Origin: Eledone cirrhosa
Taxonomy: Eukaryota
Reading direction: 5' to 3'
Assembly (NCBI GenBank): GCA_964016885.1
Contig: OZ024749.1
Location: forward strand, 30,628,001-30,692,000
DNA: 64,000 bases
Shown here: piece after piece, positions 10,491-24,185 of the stretch
Position numbering within the stretch: position 1 is the stretch's first letter
Layout of the letters: each line of letters opens with the position of its first letter
Notes under the pieces: generated by a model
Database searches by the model: none
The model's input: only the letters and a program-made list of their open reading frames with translations
Told to the model about the DNA's origin: nothing
Program-made: the position numbers and the translations under genes

Positions 10491-13400
10491 GTCTGCGTGA
10501 ATGTATGTCTGTGTGTGTCTGTCTTAGTATATGTATGCGAGAGTGTATCTGTGCGTGAATGTATGTCTGTGTATGTCTATCTTAGTATATGTATGTGAGA
10601 GTGTATCTGTGAGTGAATGTATGTCTGTGTGTGTCTGTCTTAGTATATGTATGTGAGAGTGTATCTGTGTGTGAATATATGTCTGTGTGTGTCTGTCTTA
10701 GTATATGTATGTGAGAGTGTATCTGTGTGTGAATATATGTCTGTCTGTGTCTGTCTTAGTATATGTATGTGAGAGTGTACCTGTGTGTGAATGTATGTCT
10801 GTGTGTGTCTGTCTTAGTATATGTATGTGAGAGTGTATCTGTGTGTGAATATATGTCTGTCTGTGTCTGTCTTAGTATATGTATGTGAGAGTGTATCTGT
10901 GTGTGAATATATGTCTGTCTGTGTCTGTCTTAGTATATGTATGTGAGAGTGTACCTGTGTGTGAATGTATGTCTGTGTGTGTCTGTCTTAGTATATGTAT
11001 GTGAGAGTGTATCTGTATGTGAATATATGTCTGTCTGTGTCTGTCTTAGTATATGTATGTGAGAGTGTATCTGTGTGTGAATGTATGTCTGTCTGTGTCT
11101 GTCTTAGTATATGTATGTGAGAGTGTACCTGTGTGTGAATGTATGTCTGTGTGTGTCTGTCTTAGTATATGTATGTGAGAGTGTATCTGTGTGTGAATAT
11201 ATGTCTGTCTGTGTCTGTCTTAGTATATGTATGTGAGAGTGTACCTGTGTGTGAATGTATGTCTGTGTGTGTCTGTCTTAGTATATGTATGTGAGAGTGT
11301 ATCTGTGTGTGAATATATGTCTGTCTGTGTCTGTCTTAGTATATGTATGTGAGAGTGTACCTGTGTGTGAATGTATGTCTGTCTGTGTCTGTCTTAGTAT
11401 ATGTATGTGAGAGTGTATCTGTGTGTGAATATATGTCTGTCTGTGTCTGTCTTAGTATATGTATGTGAGAGTGTATCTGTGTGTGAATGTATGTCTGTGT
11501 GTGTCTGTCTTAGTATATGTATGGGAGAGTGTACCTGTGTGTGAATGTATGTCTGTGTGTCTGTCTTAGTATATGTATGGGAGAGTGTATCTGTGTGTGA
11601 ATGTATGTCTGTGTGTGTCTGTCTTAGTATATGTATGTGAGAGTGTATCTGTGTGTGAATGTATGTCTGTGTGTGTCTGCCTTAGTATATGTATGTGAGA
11701 GTGTATCTGTGTGTGAATGTATGTCTGTGTGTGTCTGTCTTAGTATATGTATGTGAGAATGTATCTGTGTGTGAATGTATGTCTGTGTATGTCTATCTTA
11801 GTATATGTATGTGAGAGTGTATCTGTGTGTGAATGTATGTCTGTGTGTGTCTGTGTTAGTATATGTATGTGAGAGTCTATCTGTGTGTGAATGTATGTCT
11901 GTGTGTGTCTGTCTTAGTATATGTATGTGAGAGTGTATCTGTGTGTGAATGTATGTATGTGTGTCTGTCTTAGTATATGTATGTGAGAGTGTATCTGTGT
12001 GTGAATGTATGTATGTGTGTCTGTCTTAGTATATGTATGTGAGAGTCTATCTGTGTGTGAATGTATGTCTGTGTGTGTCTATCTTAGTATATGTATGTGA
12101 GAGTCTATCTGTGTGTGAATGTATGTCTGTGTGTGTCTGTCTTAGTATATGTATGTGAGAGTGTATCTGTGTGTGAATGTATGTCTGTGTGTGTCTGTCT
12201 TAGTATATGTATGTGAGAGTCTATCTGTGTGTGAATGTATGTCTGTGTGTCTGTCTTAGTATATGTATGTGAGAGTGTATCTGTGTGTGAATGTATGTAT
12301 GTGTGTCTGTCTTAGTATATGTATGTGAGAGTCTATCTGTGTGTGAATGTATGTCTGTGTGTGTCTATCTTAGTATATGTATGCGAGAGTGTATCTGTGT
12401 GTGAATGTATGTCTGTGTGTGTCTGTCTTAGTATATGTATGTGAGAGTGTATCTGTGTGTGAATGTATGTCTGTGTGTGTCTGTCTTAGTATATGTATGT
12501 GACAGTGTATCTGTGTGTGAATGTACGTCTGTGTGTGTCTGTCTTAGTATATGTATGTGACAGTGTATCTGTGTGTGAATGTATGTCTGTGTGTGTCTGT
12601 CTTAGTATATGTATGTGAGAGTGTATGTGTGTGTGAATGTATGTATGTGTGTGTCTGTCTTAGTATATGTATGTGAGAATGTATCTGTGTGTGAATGTAT
12701 GTCTATGTGTGTCTGTCTTAGTATATGTATGTGAGAGTGTATTTGTGAGTGAATGTATGTCTGTGTGTGTCTGTCTTAGTATATGTATGTGAGAGTGTAT
12801 CTGTGTGTGAATGTATGTCTGTGTGTGTCTGTCTTAGTATATGTATGTGAGAGTGTATTTGTGAGTGAATGTATGTCTGTGTGTGTCTGTCTTAGTATAT
12901 GTATGTGAGAGTGTATCTGTGTGTGAATGTATGTCTGTGTGTGTCTGTCTTAGTATATGTATGTGAGAGTGTATCTGTGCGTGAATGTATGTCTGTGTGT
13001 GTCAGTCTTAGTATATGTATGTGAGAGTGTATCTGTGTGTGAATGTACGTCTGTGTGTGTCTGTCTTACTATATGTATGTGAGAGTGTATCTGTGTGTGA
13101 ATGTATGTATGTGTGTGTCTGTCTTAGTATATGTATGTGAGAGTGTATGTGTGTGTGAATGTATGTATGTGTGTGTCTGTCTTAGTATATGTATGTGAGA
13201 GTGTATCTGTGTGTGAATGTATGTCTGTGTGTGTCTGTGTTAGTATATGTATGTGAGAGTGTATCTGTGTGTGAATGTATGTCTGTGTGTGTCTGTGTTA
13301 GTATATGTATGTGAGAGTCTATCTGTGTGTGAATGTATGTCTGTGTGTGTCTGTCTTATTATATGTATGTGAGAGTGTATCTGTGTGTGAATGTATGTCT

Positions 13401-16400
13401 GTGTGTGTCTGTCTTAGTATATGTATGGGAGAGTGTACCTGTGTGTGAATGTATGTATGTGTGTGTCTGTCTTAGTATATGTATGTGAGAGTGTATCTGT
13501 GTGTGAATGTATGTATGTGTGTCTGTCTTAGTATATGTATGTGAGTGTGTATCTGTGTGTGAATGTATGTATGTGTGTCTGTCTTAGTATATGTATGTGA
13601 GAGTCTATCTGTGTGTGAATGTATGTCTGTGTGTGTCTATCTTAGTATATGTATGTGAGAGTCTATCTGTATGTGAATGTATGTCTGTGTGTGTCTGTCT
13701 TAGTATATGTATGTGAGAGTGTATCTGTGTGTGAATGTATGTCTGTGTGTGTCTGTCTTAGTATATGTATGTGAGAGTCTATCTGTGTGTGAATGCATGT
13801 CTGTGTGTGTCTGTCTTAGTATATGTATGCGAGAGTGTATCTGTGTGTGAATGTATGTCTGTGTGTGTCTGTCTTAGTATATGTATGTGAGAGTGTATCT
13901 GTGTGTGAATGTATGTATGTGTGTCTGTCTTAGTATATGTATGTGAGAGTGTATTTGTGTGTGAATGTATGTATGTGTGTCTGTCTTAGTATATGTATGT
14001 GAGAGTCTATCTGTGTGTGAATGTATGTCTGTGTGTGTCTATCTTAGTATATGTATGTGAGAGTCTACCTGTGTGTGAATGTATGTCTGTGTGTGTCTAT
14101 CTTAGTATATGTATGTGAGAGTCTATCTGTATGTGAATGTATGTCTGTGTGTGTCTGTCTTAGTATATGTATGTGAGAGTGTATCTGTGTGTGAATGTAT
14201 GTCTGTGTGTGTCTGTCTTAGTATATGTATGTGAGAGTCTATCTGTGTGTGAATGTATGTCTGTGTGTGTCTGTCTTAGTATATGTATGCGAGAGTGTAT
14301 CTGTGTGTGAATGTATGTCTGTGTGTGTCTGTCTTAGTATATGTATGTGAGAGTGTATCTGTGTGTGAATGTATGTATGTGTGTCTGTCTTAGTATATGT
14401 ATGTGAGAGTGTATTTGTGTGTGAATGTATGTATGTGTGTCTGTCTTAGTATATGTATGTGAGAGTCTATCTGTATGTGAATGTATGTCTGTGTGTGTCT
14501 GTCTTAGTATATGTATGTGAGAGTGTATCTGTGTGTGAATGTATGTCTGTGTGTGTCTATCTTAGTATATGTATGCGAGAGTGTATCTGTGTGTGAATGT
14601 ATGTCTGTGTGTGTCTGTCTTAGTATATGTATGTGAGAGTGTATCTGTGTGTGAATGTATGTCTGTGTGTGTCTGTCTTAGTATATGTATGTGAGAGTGT
14701 ATTTGTGAGTGAATGTATGTCTGTGTGTGTCTGACTTAGTATATGTATGTGAGAGTGTATCTGTGTGTGAATGTATGTCTGTGTGTGTCTGTCTTAGTAT
14801 ATGTATGCGAGAGTGTATCTGTGTGTGAATGTATGTCTGTGTGTGTCTGTCTTAGTATATGTATGTGAGAGTGTATCTGTGTGTGAATGTACGTCTGTGT
14901 GTGTCTGTCTTACTATATGTATGTGACAGTGTATCTGTGTGTGAATGTATGTCTGTGTGTGTCTGTCTTAGTATATGTATGTGAGAGTGTATCTGTGTGT
15001 GAATGTATGTCTGTGTGTGTCTGTCTTAGTATATGTATGTGAGAGTGTATTTGTGAGTGAATGTATGTCTGTGTGTGTCTGTCTTAGTATATGTATGTTA
15101 GAGTGTATCTGTGTGTGAATGTATGTCTGTGTGTGTCTGTCTTAGTATATGTATGTGAGTGTGTATTTGTAAGTGAATGTATGTCTGTGTGTGTCTGCCT
15201 TAGTATATGTATGTGAGAGTGTATCTGTGTGTGAATGTACGTCTGTGTGTGTCTGTCTTACTATATGTATGTGACAGTGTATCTGTGTGTGAATGTATGT
15301 CTGTGTGTGTCTGTCTTAGTATATGTATGTGAGAGTGTATGTGTGTGTGAATGTATGTATGTGTGTGTCTGTCTTAGTATATGTATGTGAGAGTGTATCT
15401 GTGTGTGAATGTATGTCTGTGTGTGTCTGTGTTAGTATATGTATGTGAGAGTGTATCTGTGTGTGAATGTATGCCTGTGTGTGTCTGTCTTAGTATATGT
15501 ATGTGAGAGTGTACCTGTGTGTGGATGTATGTCTGTGTGTGTCTGTCTTAGTATATGTATGTGAGAGTGTATATGTGTGTGAATGTATGTCTGTGTGTGT
15601 CTGTCTTAGTATATGTATGTGAGAGTGTATCTGTGTGTGAATGTATGTCTGTGTGTGTCTGTCTTAGTATATGTATGTGAGAGTGTATCTGTGTGTGAAT
15701 GTATGTATGTGTGTGTCTGTCTTAGTATATGTATGTGAGAGTGTATCTGTGTGTGAATGTACGTCTGTGTGTGTCTGTCTTACTATATGTATGTGACAGT
15801 GTATCTGTGTGTGAATGTATGTATGTGTGTGTCTGTCTTAGTATATGTATGTGAGAGTGTATCTGTGTGTGAATGTATGTCTGTGTGTGTCTGTCTTAGT
15901 ATATGTATGTGAGAGTGTATCTGTGTGTGAATGTATGTCTGTGTGTGTCTGTGTTAGTATATGTATGTGAGAGTGTATCTGTGTGTGAATGTATGTATGT
16001 GTGTGTCTGTCTTAGTATATGTATGTGAGAGTGTATCTGTGTGTGAATGTATGTCTGTGTGTGTCTGTCTTAGTATATGTATGTGAGAGTGTACCTGTGT
16101 GTGAATGTATGTCTGTGTGTGTCTGTGTTAGTATATGTATGTGAGAGTGTATCTGTGTGTGAATGTATGTATGTGTGTGTCTGTCTTAGTATATGTATGT
16201 GAGAGTGTATCTGTGTGTGAATGTATGTCTGTGTGTGTCTGTCTTAGTATATGTATGTGAGAGTGTATCTGTGTGTGAATGTATGTCTGTGTGTGTCTGT
16301 CTTAGTATATGTACGTGAGAGTGTATCTGTGTGTGAATGTATGTCTGTGTGTGTCTGTCTTAGTATATGTATGTGAGAGTGTATCTGTGTGTGAATGTAT

Positions 16401-16960
16401 GTCTGTGTGTGTCTGTCTTAGTATATGTACGTGAGAGTGTATCTGTGTGTGAATGTATGTATGTGTGTGTCTGTGTTAGTATTTGTATGGGAGAGTGTAT
16501 CTGTGAGTGAATGTATGTCTGTGTGTGTCTGTCTTAGTATATGTATGTGAGAGTGTATCTGTGTGTGAATGTATGTCTGTGTGTGTCTGTCTTAGTATAT
16601 GTATGTGAGAGTGTATCTGTGTGTGAATGTATGTTTGTGTGTGTCTGTCTTAGTATATGTATGTGAGAGTGTACCTGTGTGTGAATATATGTCTGTCTGT
16701 GTCTGTCTTAGTATATGTATGTGAGAGTGTATCTGTGTGTGAATGTATGTCTGTGTGTGTCTGTTTTAGTATATGTATGTGAGAGTGTATCCTGTGTGTG
16801 TCTGTCTTAGTATATGTATGTGAGAGTGTATCTGTGTGTGAATGTATGTCTGTGTGTGTCTGTCTTAGTATATGTATGTGAGAGTGTATCTGTGAGTGAA
16901 TGTATGTCTGTGTGTGTCTGTTTTAGTATATGTATGTGAGAGTGTATGTGTGTGTGTATG
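10491..16960. repeat. Tandem satellite, 58-bp unit, ~110 copies
   Basis: Unit GAATGTATGTCTGTGTGTGTCTGTCTTAGTATATGTATGTGAGAGTGTATCTGTGTGT, with occasional 56-bp variants. Confidence 0.98.
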
Positions 16961-17489
16961 TGTGTGTCAGTGTATGCGTGATAATTTTTATTTTCATTTG
17001 CATTAAAACAATAGAAAACGTCACGTCTTTCTCACATTTTGTATATGAATATGTATGTGTCTGTGAGTGTGTTTGCGCATTCTTTAGGTACGTGATTAAA
17101 TACACCCACTCATCTACACATATGTAGCAACTGACAAAAATGAGAGGAAAAGTTATGCGTGAGTCTGCATGAATGTATGTCTATGTGTGTCAGCGTTAGC
17201 ATATATATGTGGGGTGTGTATATGTGTGAGAGTGTAGCAACAACTGATTCATTTGGACGGCAAGAAATATTACGCAATGAAAATTGTTTACTCTAATGTG
17301 CTTCAAGATTGACAGATATTCATTTCTAAATTCTATTATCATTACAATTTTGATATTCTTAAAACAAAATATAGATATTTTGAAATAATTATTAGAAAAA
17401 ATAGCATGCGTTCATATTTATTGTTTATTAATCAGAATAAGAATAGCATTAACCCACGCATCGCCGGGTTATTTAGCTAGTATTAGATT

Positions 17490-17680
17490 CAATAATTGTT
17501 TCTACTTTTGGCACAAGGCCAGCAAACACCCAGTGAATTACTGGTACTTTATTTTATCGACCCCGTAAGGATGAAAGGCAAAGTTAACCTCGGCGGGATT
17601 TGAACTCAGAATGGCAAGAGCCGTAACTGTATGCTGCAAAGCATGGCGTCCGACTCTCTACCGATACTGCCAATCCGACA
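17490..17680 (-). mobile_element. tRNA-derived SINE (main family)
   Basis: Reverse complement of the 4607-4792 family. Confidence 0.9.
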
Positions 17681-18407
17681 ATAATGTAATTCTGTTACAA
17701 TATGTTGTTATCCCTTATCATTACTAATTTTATGCCTATATATCTGCTGCGACTTAAAACCAATATGTGTGTGCGTAAATGCATGTAGCAGGAGTTGCCT
17801 CCCTTGTTGTGACACTCACAACCCCAATAGATTAAGGCTCTCTAGACAGGAAGTAGAACCCTTTCTGTAACTTCCGGTCAGAACCCTATAAAACTAACAA
17901 CTGTAAGTTCCCTCTCTCTCATTCGCCTTTTCGGTCAGGTGCCTCCTGGCTTTCGCCAGGAGTCTTTGATCAGGCGTGTGTAACCCTGGCAACCAAGCGG
18001 TAACTAATAACTTTGCTTCATTCTTTTATCTATTCATTGACATGTCAACTATATATCCACAAATTGTTTATTAAATATTATACACACAGACCACGTCTCC
18101 CTGTTACATTCATACAACCCAGTATTTTGTTATATGCATGTATGCGTGTGTGTGTCTGTTAGATAGATGGATAGATAGATAAAGGGAGAGATAGAGAGTG
18201 TGTGTGTGTTTGTGTGGAAATATCTACAGATGTTACATTTACGAGGAAAATAAACTGTGAGAAATTATATATATATATATATTTATATGACAGGATATGT
18301 GGTATGTGTCTCTCTCCAGCCATTTTTCATTCCCTCTAATTCTTTCTCCTTCTGTCAGTTACTCTATCTCTCCCACTCTCCCTCTCTCCCTATATGCCAC
18401 TATGTAT

Positions 18408-18455
<48 letters not shown>

Positions 18456-19098
18456 AATGTATATATATATGTATGTACATATGTATATATACATACACAC
18501 ACAGACACACACATATATATATATATATATATAAAAATATAAATATATATATATATATATATAAATAAATACATATATATGTATATATGTATATATACAT
18601 AAATATATATATATGAACATATATTTATATATATATTTATATATATATATATATATATAAATTATATATATATATATATATGTATACATAAATATATATA
18701 TATACTCATATATATACGTATATTTATATTAATATTTATATATGTATATATATATACAAATATATGTACATAAATTTATATATATATATATATAGAGAGA
18801 GAATGAGAGAGAGCGAAGGTGAGAGAGAGAGAAAGGGAGAGAAAGAGAGGGAATTAGAGGGAATGATAGCTGGATGGAGAGGGAGATATACCACACATCC
18901 TGCCAAACACACATACTCACATTCACACAGACAAACACACACAAAATACAATCCTCTCTATATAAATGAGATTTATGCAGATGTTTTTCACAAATATATT
19001 GAAAAGACAACGAAGAATTATTTAAACTCTACGCTAACTTCTACAATTGCAACTCAGTATGCTTTCATGTAATATTATAAAGTTAGTCCTCCTTGCTG

Positions 19099-19291
19099 GT
19101 GGATTGGTGGTGGATTGGCAGTATCGGTAGAGGGTCGGACGACATGCTTTCCAGCATAGTTACGTCCCTTTACGATCTGAGTTCAAATCCCGCCGAGGTT
19201 GACTTTGCCTTTCATCCTTACGGGGTCGATAAAATCAAGTACCAGTAATGCACTGGGTAATTGCTGACCTTGTGCCTAAAGTAGAAACAAA
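19099..19291 (+). mobile_element. tRNA-derived SINE with 23-bp TSD
   Basis: TATAAAGTTAGTCCTCCTTGCTG at 19076-19098 and 19292-19314. Confidence 0.93.
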
Positions 19292-19435
19292 TATAAAGTT
19301 AGTCCTCCTTGCTGTTCTTGTGGAGGAGGCACTCACTTCTGAAACCTACAGTGATAGTAAGAAATTCAGTTTTATAATTATATGTTCACACACACACACG
19401 CACACGCACACACGCACGCGCACACACACATGCAC

Positions 19436-19475
<40 letters not shown>

Positions 19476-19689
19476 ACACATACACACACACACATACACA
19501 CACTCACACACACACACATACAATTGATGCAATTTTGAAATAATTTTTCAGTAAATGAAACCTGACAATATCGGTTCCCAAATCAATTTTTTCTTTTTTT
19601 TTCTTTTTTCTTTTTTTCTTTTTTCTTTTTTCTTTTTTCTTTTTTCTTTTTATGCTATATAAAGTATTTTCTTTACACTAATAATACTA

Positions 19690-20112
19690 ATAATGGTTAA
19701 AGGTCAGCAATTTTGGGGGGAGGGAAAAGTCGATGAAATTGACCTCAGTGCGTGACTGGTATTTTATTTTATCGACCCCGTAAGGATGAAAGGAAAAGTT
19801 AACCTCGGCGAGATTTGAACTCATATCATAAAGGGCCGTAACTCTATGCAGCAAAGCATGGTGTCCGGCCAATCCACCACCCTACAACTACTTTTAATAA
19901 TAATGGTTTCTTACATAGGCACAGGGCCAGCAATTTTGGGGGAAGGGAAAGTCGATTAAATTAACCCCAGTACATTACAGGTACTTTATTTTATCCACCC
20001 CGAAAGGCAAAGCTAATCTCTGTTGGATTTGAACGCAGAACGTAAAGGGTCGTAACTCTATGCTACAAAGCATGTTGTCCGGTGCTTAACCCATACAGCC
20101 AACCCACCGCCT
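19690..20112 (-). mobile_element. Two tandem SINEs (longer subfamily)
   Basis: Two copies of the ATCGACCCC...GGATTTGAAC core. Confidence 0.85.
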
Positions 20113-21216
20113 ACTACAACTACTGATATTAATGATGAGAATTATAATAACGCAATATTAGAGAAATAAAAGGAAATCAAATGAAAAAAGGAACAGGAAA
20201 ATATAGAGAAAAAGAAAGAAAACAGAACGGGAAAGGGAGGGGATGACAAGACCTCTTGTGTCGCAGAAGAAAGGGGAAGGATGAAGGGGGAGGTTTATTA
20301 GGCTTTGGGTTTATGGCAACGGGGAAGAAGTGCTGCGCCGCGGGGATAAGGTCGCGAAAGCATTCCCGCGGACAATGGCCAGTGACACCCGTTGCAAGAG
20401 CCACACAAACTCGTGGGGCTCCCTCCTCAGACTGGCTGCCGATGATCCGATCTTGCGGAGGAGCTCAGTTGTACGGGGTCTGTTACTAAAAATGGCAGGA
20501 TTATGCCAGAATCAGGTTTGTTGATAACGCAACAGCATCATTTTAATAAATTTATTCTTACATATTTTGAGTCTGGAAGACTTGTATCTTTGCACAGAAA
20601 ATAATTCCATACAATTGTCCCACGACAGGATAAGATACGCTGAGTTTATTTAATTTTGTTATGTCATATCTATTACGTTTGAATATTGACCAAGAATACT
20701 TTCTCGGACATTTGTAAACATTGTTTAAAAAGTTTTGAGTTGTGATAAACTTTGAACATTAGTCTCAAGTGAGCAGCCAAATATATTTAATAAATATTTA
20801 GTATTTTATTATCACACATTAAAATCCGCCTAGGACATAAATTGATTTAGTTTGTTGGATAGAACATATTTCAAAATCTGAAGCACCAAATGTATAATGA
20901 AAGATTCTGTTATATTCATTAATTGATGATTTTGTAAATTATTTGAAAATCATAGTGAGGTATTTTCATTAGAAAATATGTCCGGAACATTGCCTAGACC
21001 ATAAACTGGTTAACTTACCACCACTGACATGTGGTACCTGAGCGGGAGTAAGGAATGACAAACATTAACAAAATATAATTCTCCTGGATATTATGTTCTT
21101 TGTGTGTGATCCCATTCTCCCGAATGAAAGAGTAGAAGCCATTTAGAAGCCATTTCTATATTAAATATGTATACTCTGCTATGTATTGAGTACCCTACTT
21201 ACTGATTGAAGCTGGG

Positions 21217-21253
<37 letters not shown>

Positions 21254-21334
21254 TATATGCATGTATATATATATATAGATAGTAATAATAATAAATTTGA
21301 AGACTAAATTCCAAAGATGGCTCGATAAGGATAA

Positions 21335-21385
21335 AGTTCCAGAAGATTCAGTTAACGGTGAAAGCAGCGATTCTTTGCTTAAACT
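21335..21385 (+). ncRNA. Degenerate family B HHR (CAGAAGA core)
   Basis: agttc-CAGAAGA-...-GAAA-gcagcgattctttgc-TT-aaact. Confidence 0.45.
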
Positions 21386-21508
21386 CTAATCTGTTATTTT
21401 AATAAATATATATATATATATGTTCTGCGACACACACACACACACACACACGCACGCACACGAACGCACACACCCCCGCACACACAGACACACACACACA
21501 CACACACA

Positions 21509-21568
<60 letters not shown>

Positions 21569-21868
21569 TATATATTTTTTTTCATTCGGATCGGCAATGG
21601 AGGGCCAGTTTTCCAGTGGATACACCCAGTCGGCCATTTTCGTTCATCAGCACCAGGATGAAGTTGCACATATACAAGAGAGAAGCACATGTACAAGAGA
21701 GAAGCACATATCAGTGGTTAGGTTGCGTATGTACGTGCTGACATCTTCAGCGTACATTGCATAATAGTTTAATACCAAAGGAATGATACACAATCCAAGA
21801 GGCTTTAAGAAAAAAAGGAAAGAAAATACAGGCGATTGTGGTAGCCTTTTGTCATTTTGTTTCGACGC

Positions 21869-21904
<36 letters not shown>

Positions 21905-21905
<1 letters not shown>

Positions 21906-22101
21906 ATGGTAGCTAAGATGCTTCCGTAGGCGGTATGCCGGTTGAGCACTCTATGCTCTTGATCTTACAGAGCAGAGTATGATAGAATAGAAAACGAAAA
22001 ATCAGTGATGCATCTGAACTCAATTTATTGTGTGTTAGAATTGTGTGTTACACAATAAATTGAGTTCAGATGTATCACTGATTTTTCGTTTTCTAATTCT
22101 A

Positions 22102-22102
<1 letters not shown>
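21905..22102 (-). mobile_element. Inverted PLE terminal fragment related to 60061-60420
   Basis: Palindrome 21983-22102; shared GGCATACCGC(C/T)TACGGA tail. Confidence 0.6.
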
Positions 22103-22194
<92 letters not shown>

Positions 22195-22659
22195 GGAGAG
22201 AGGGAGAGATAGATAGATTTCTTTATTAGCCACAAGGGCGCAACAAGAAAGGGGACAATACAATAGATAGATAGATAGATAGATAATTAAATATAAATAG
22301 ATAGAGACAGAATTATGTACTTCTTTATGTATTTCTTATAGATTGCCCCCCGAATCTAGCTAAATACAGTAAATGTTATCATCTTGACGGATGGCGGCGA
22401 TGTGAATGTCAGAGAGGTTTCACAAGTAAAAGAAGTTTAAAAATTCCGGATAGAGAACACTGTCAATCGTAGGTAATACGCACTATACGCATACACACAC
22501 TTATGCATATACAAATATGCATAACACAACCTGCCTGTCCGTGCTCAATGTGCGCGTGGATATATATATATCATAGGCAGATCTAGCCTGTCAAAACAGC
22601 CCGAGCTGATATATATATATATATATATATGTGTGTGTCTGTGTATATATGTGTCTGTG

Positions 22660-22717
<58 letters not shown>

Positions 22718-22746
22718 GTGTGTGTCTGTGTATATATGTGTCTGTG

Positions 22747-22805
<59 letters not shown>

Positions 22806-22869
22806 TATATATATATGTGTGTGTCTGTGTATATATGTGTCTGTGTATGTATATATATATCTATATATA

Positions 22870-22934
<65 letters not shown>

Positions 22935-22996
22935 TATATATATATGTGTGTGTCTGTGTATATATGTGTCTGTGTATGTATATATATATATATATA

Positions 22997-24130
22997 TAAC
23001 GAAGGAATTGTGGTAAGGAACCAGATGAACCAGAACGCACCAAAGTACTCAATACTTAGGGTAGTAGAGTGGGTAATAGGAACAAGTATGACCCCGATGG
23101 CAGAGCTCAAGCCGTTTGACGGCTGATTCTGGACTAAACAAACATTTTTAGCCTGGTAAATAAATAGCCGAACTTCTCAGGGAGTATTTCCTTATATGGG
23201 AAGATAGTAATTGTCAAAAGTATTGGTGAAAACTTTGTTGTAAAGACAGATGAATCTACCATGGCATTTGGTGGGAGGTAGGGGTGGCTGAACTTGCCAG
23301 TAGGTAAAAGTGGGAGTGGCGGAAACCCAGTCAATGTTGTAAGTGAAATCTATACAGCAGATTCTAAGGATAGTGTATAAAAGGTCGAAAAAAGAAGAGG
23401 AAGGAGAAGGGGGCGTTGAAAGAATAGGTAAATCGAAAGAGAGTAAAAGAAAACTATTATAAAAATAACGAAATAAATATATAAAAAACAATTTCTGGTT
23501 ACTACTCCATTTCCACAATCACCAAATCTCTCATTAGTATTGCTAAGCTATAAAAAAGTTTAATAGGTGGAGAAAAAATACTAAATACGAGATTGTAGTG
23601 AAAGAATTTTATAAAGCCGGCTTTACAGGGGGTCTAACACCACTGCTATAGATAGTTAGTAATCAGCCAATGTTATCTTACAATGACAGGTTAATAAGTT
23701 GAGAACCAAATTACTAAAATACTACTACAAAAATACTAATACAAAAATACCACTAAGAAATTTAGAAACCACAGAAATGGAGCAGCAACCAGAAAGAAAA
23801 AAATTTACTGGGGTCTAACACATCTGCTATAAAAAGCGTAATCGGTCGATTCTATCTTAAAATTAGGGGCTATCTTACTGAGGCTACAGAGGACCGATGG
23901 GCTGCATCGGGGTAGGCGAAAGGTGAAAAAAAGACGAGGAAGGAGATCTGGGGTGAAAGGACTAGGAAGAGATGGGGGGAAAAAGGAACATAAAAAAAAA
24001 GACAAAAAAAGTTACGTCTACCTTTGTAAGCAGGGGTTACTCCTTACAAAATCGGCAAGTGGGGGGCATCAGCCTTTGTCTACCTCCCCGGGTCATTATG
24101 GCGTTGGAGGGCGAGGTAAGTCCTACGCAA
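22997..24130 (-). mobile_element. Longest family A PLE 3' fragment, including a full-length but degenerate HHR (23091-23185)
   Basis: Minus strand: actcc-CTGAGAA-gttcggct...agccgtc-(G)AAA-cggc..gcca-TC-ggggt; the G of GAAA is missing in this copy; upstream boundary approximate. Confidence 0.6.
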
Positions 24131-24141
24131 TCTATACATAT

Positions 24142-24185
<44 letters not shown>

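Larger units (their letters stand above)
9643..17480 (+). mobile_element. 5'-truncated Helitron containing the 58-bp satellite
   Basis: Helicase fragment; subterminal hairpin AACCC-ACGCATCGCC-GGGTT at 17451-17470; CTAG at 17477-17480 followed by T. Confidence 0.7.

Noticed and set aside
10491-16960. CRISPR-like array or coding repeat
   Set aside because: No unique spacers; the 58-bp period places stops in all frames; eukaryotic context
17685-18110. Possible solo LTR (TGTAA...TTACA, TATA-like and ATTAAA signals)
   Set aside because: No TSD, second copy or internal domain in the window
22342-22468. EGF-like domain reading of this exon (CECQRGF)
   Set aside because: Its phase-2 end joins the YPxCC exon to give a complete 10-Cys vWC pattern, which explains it better
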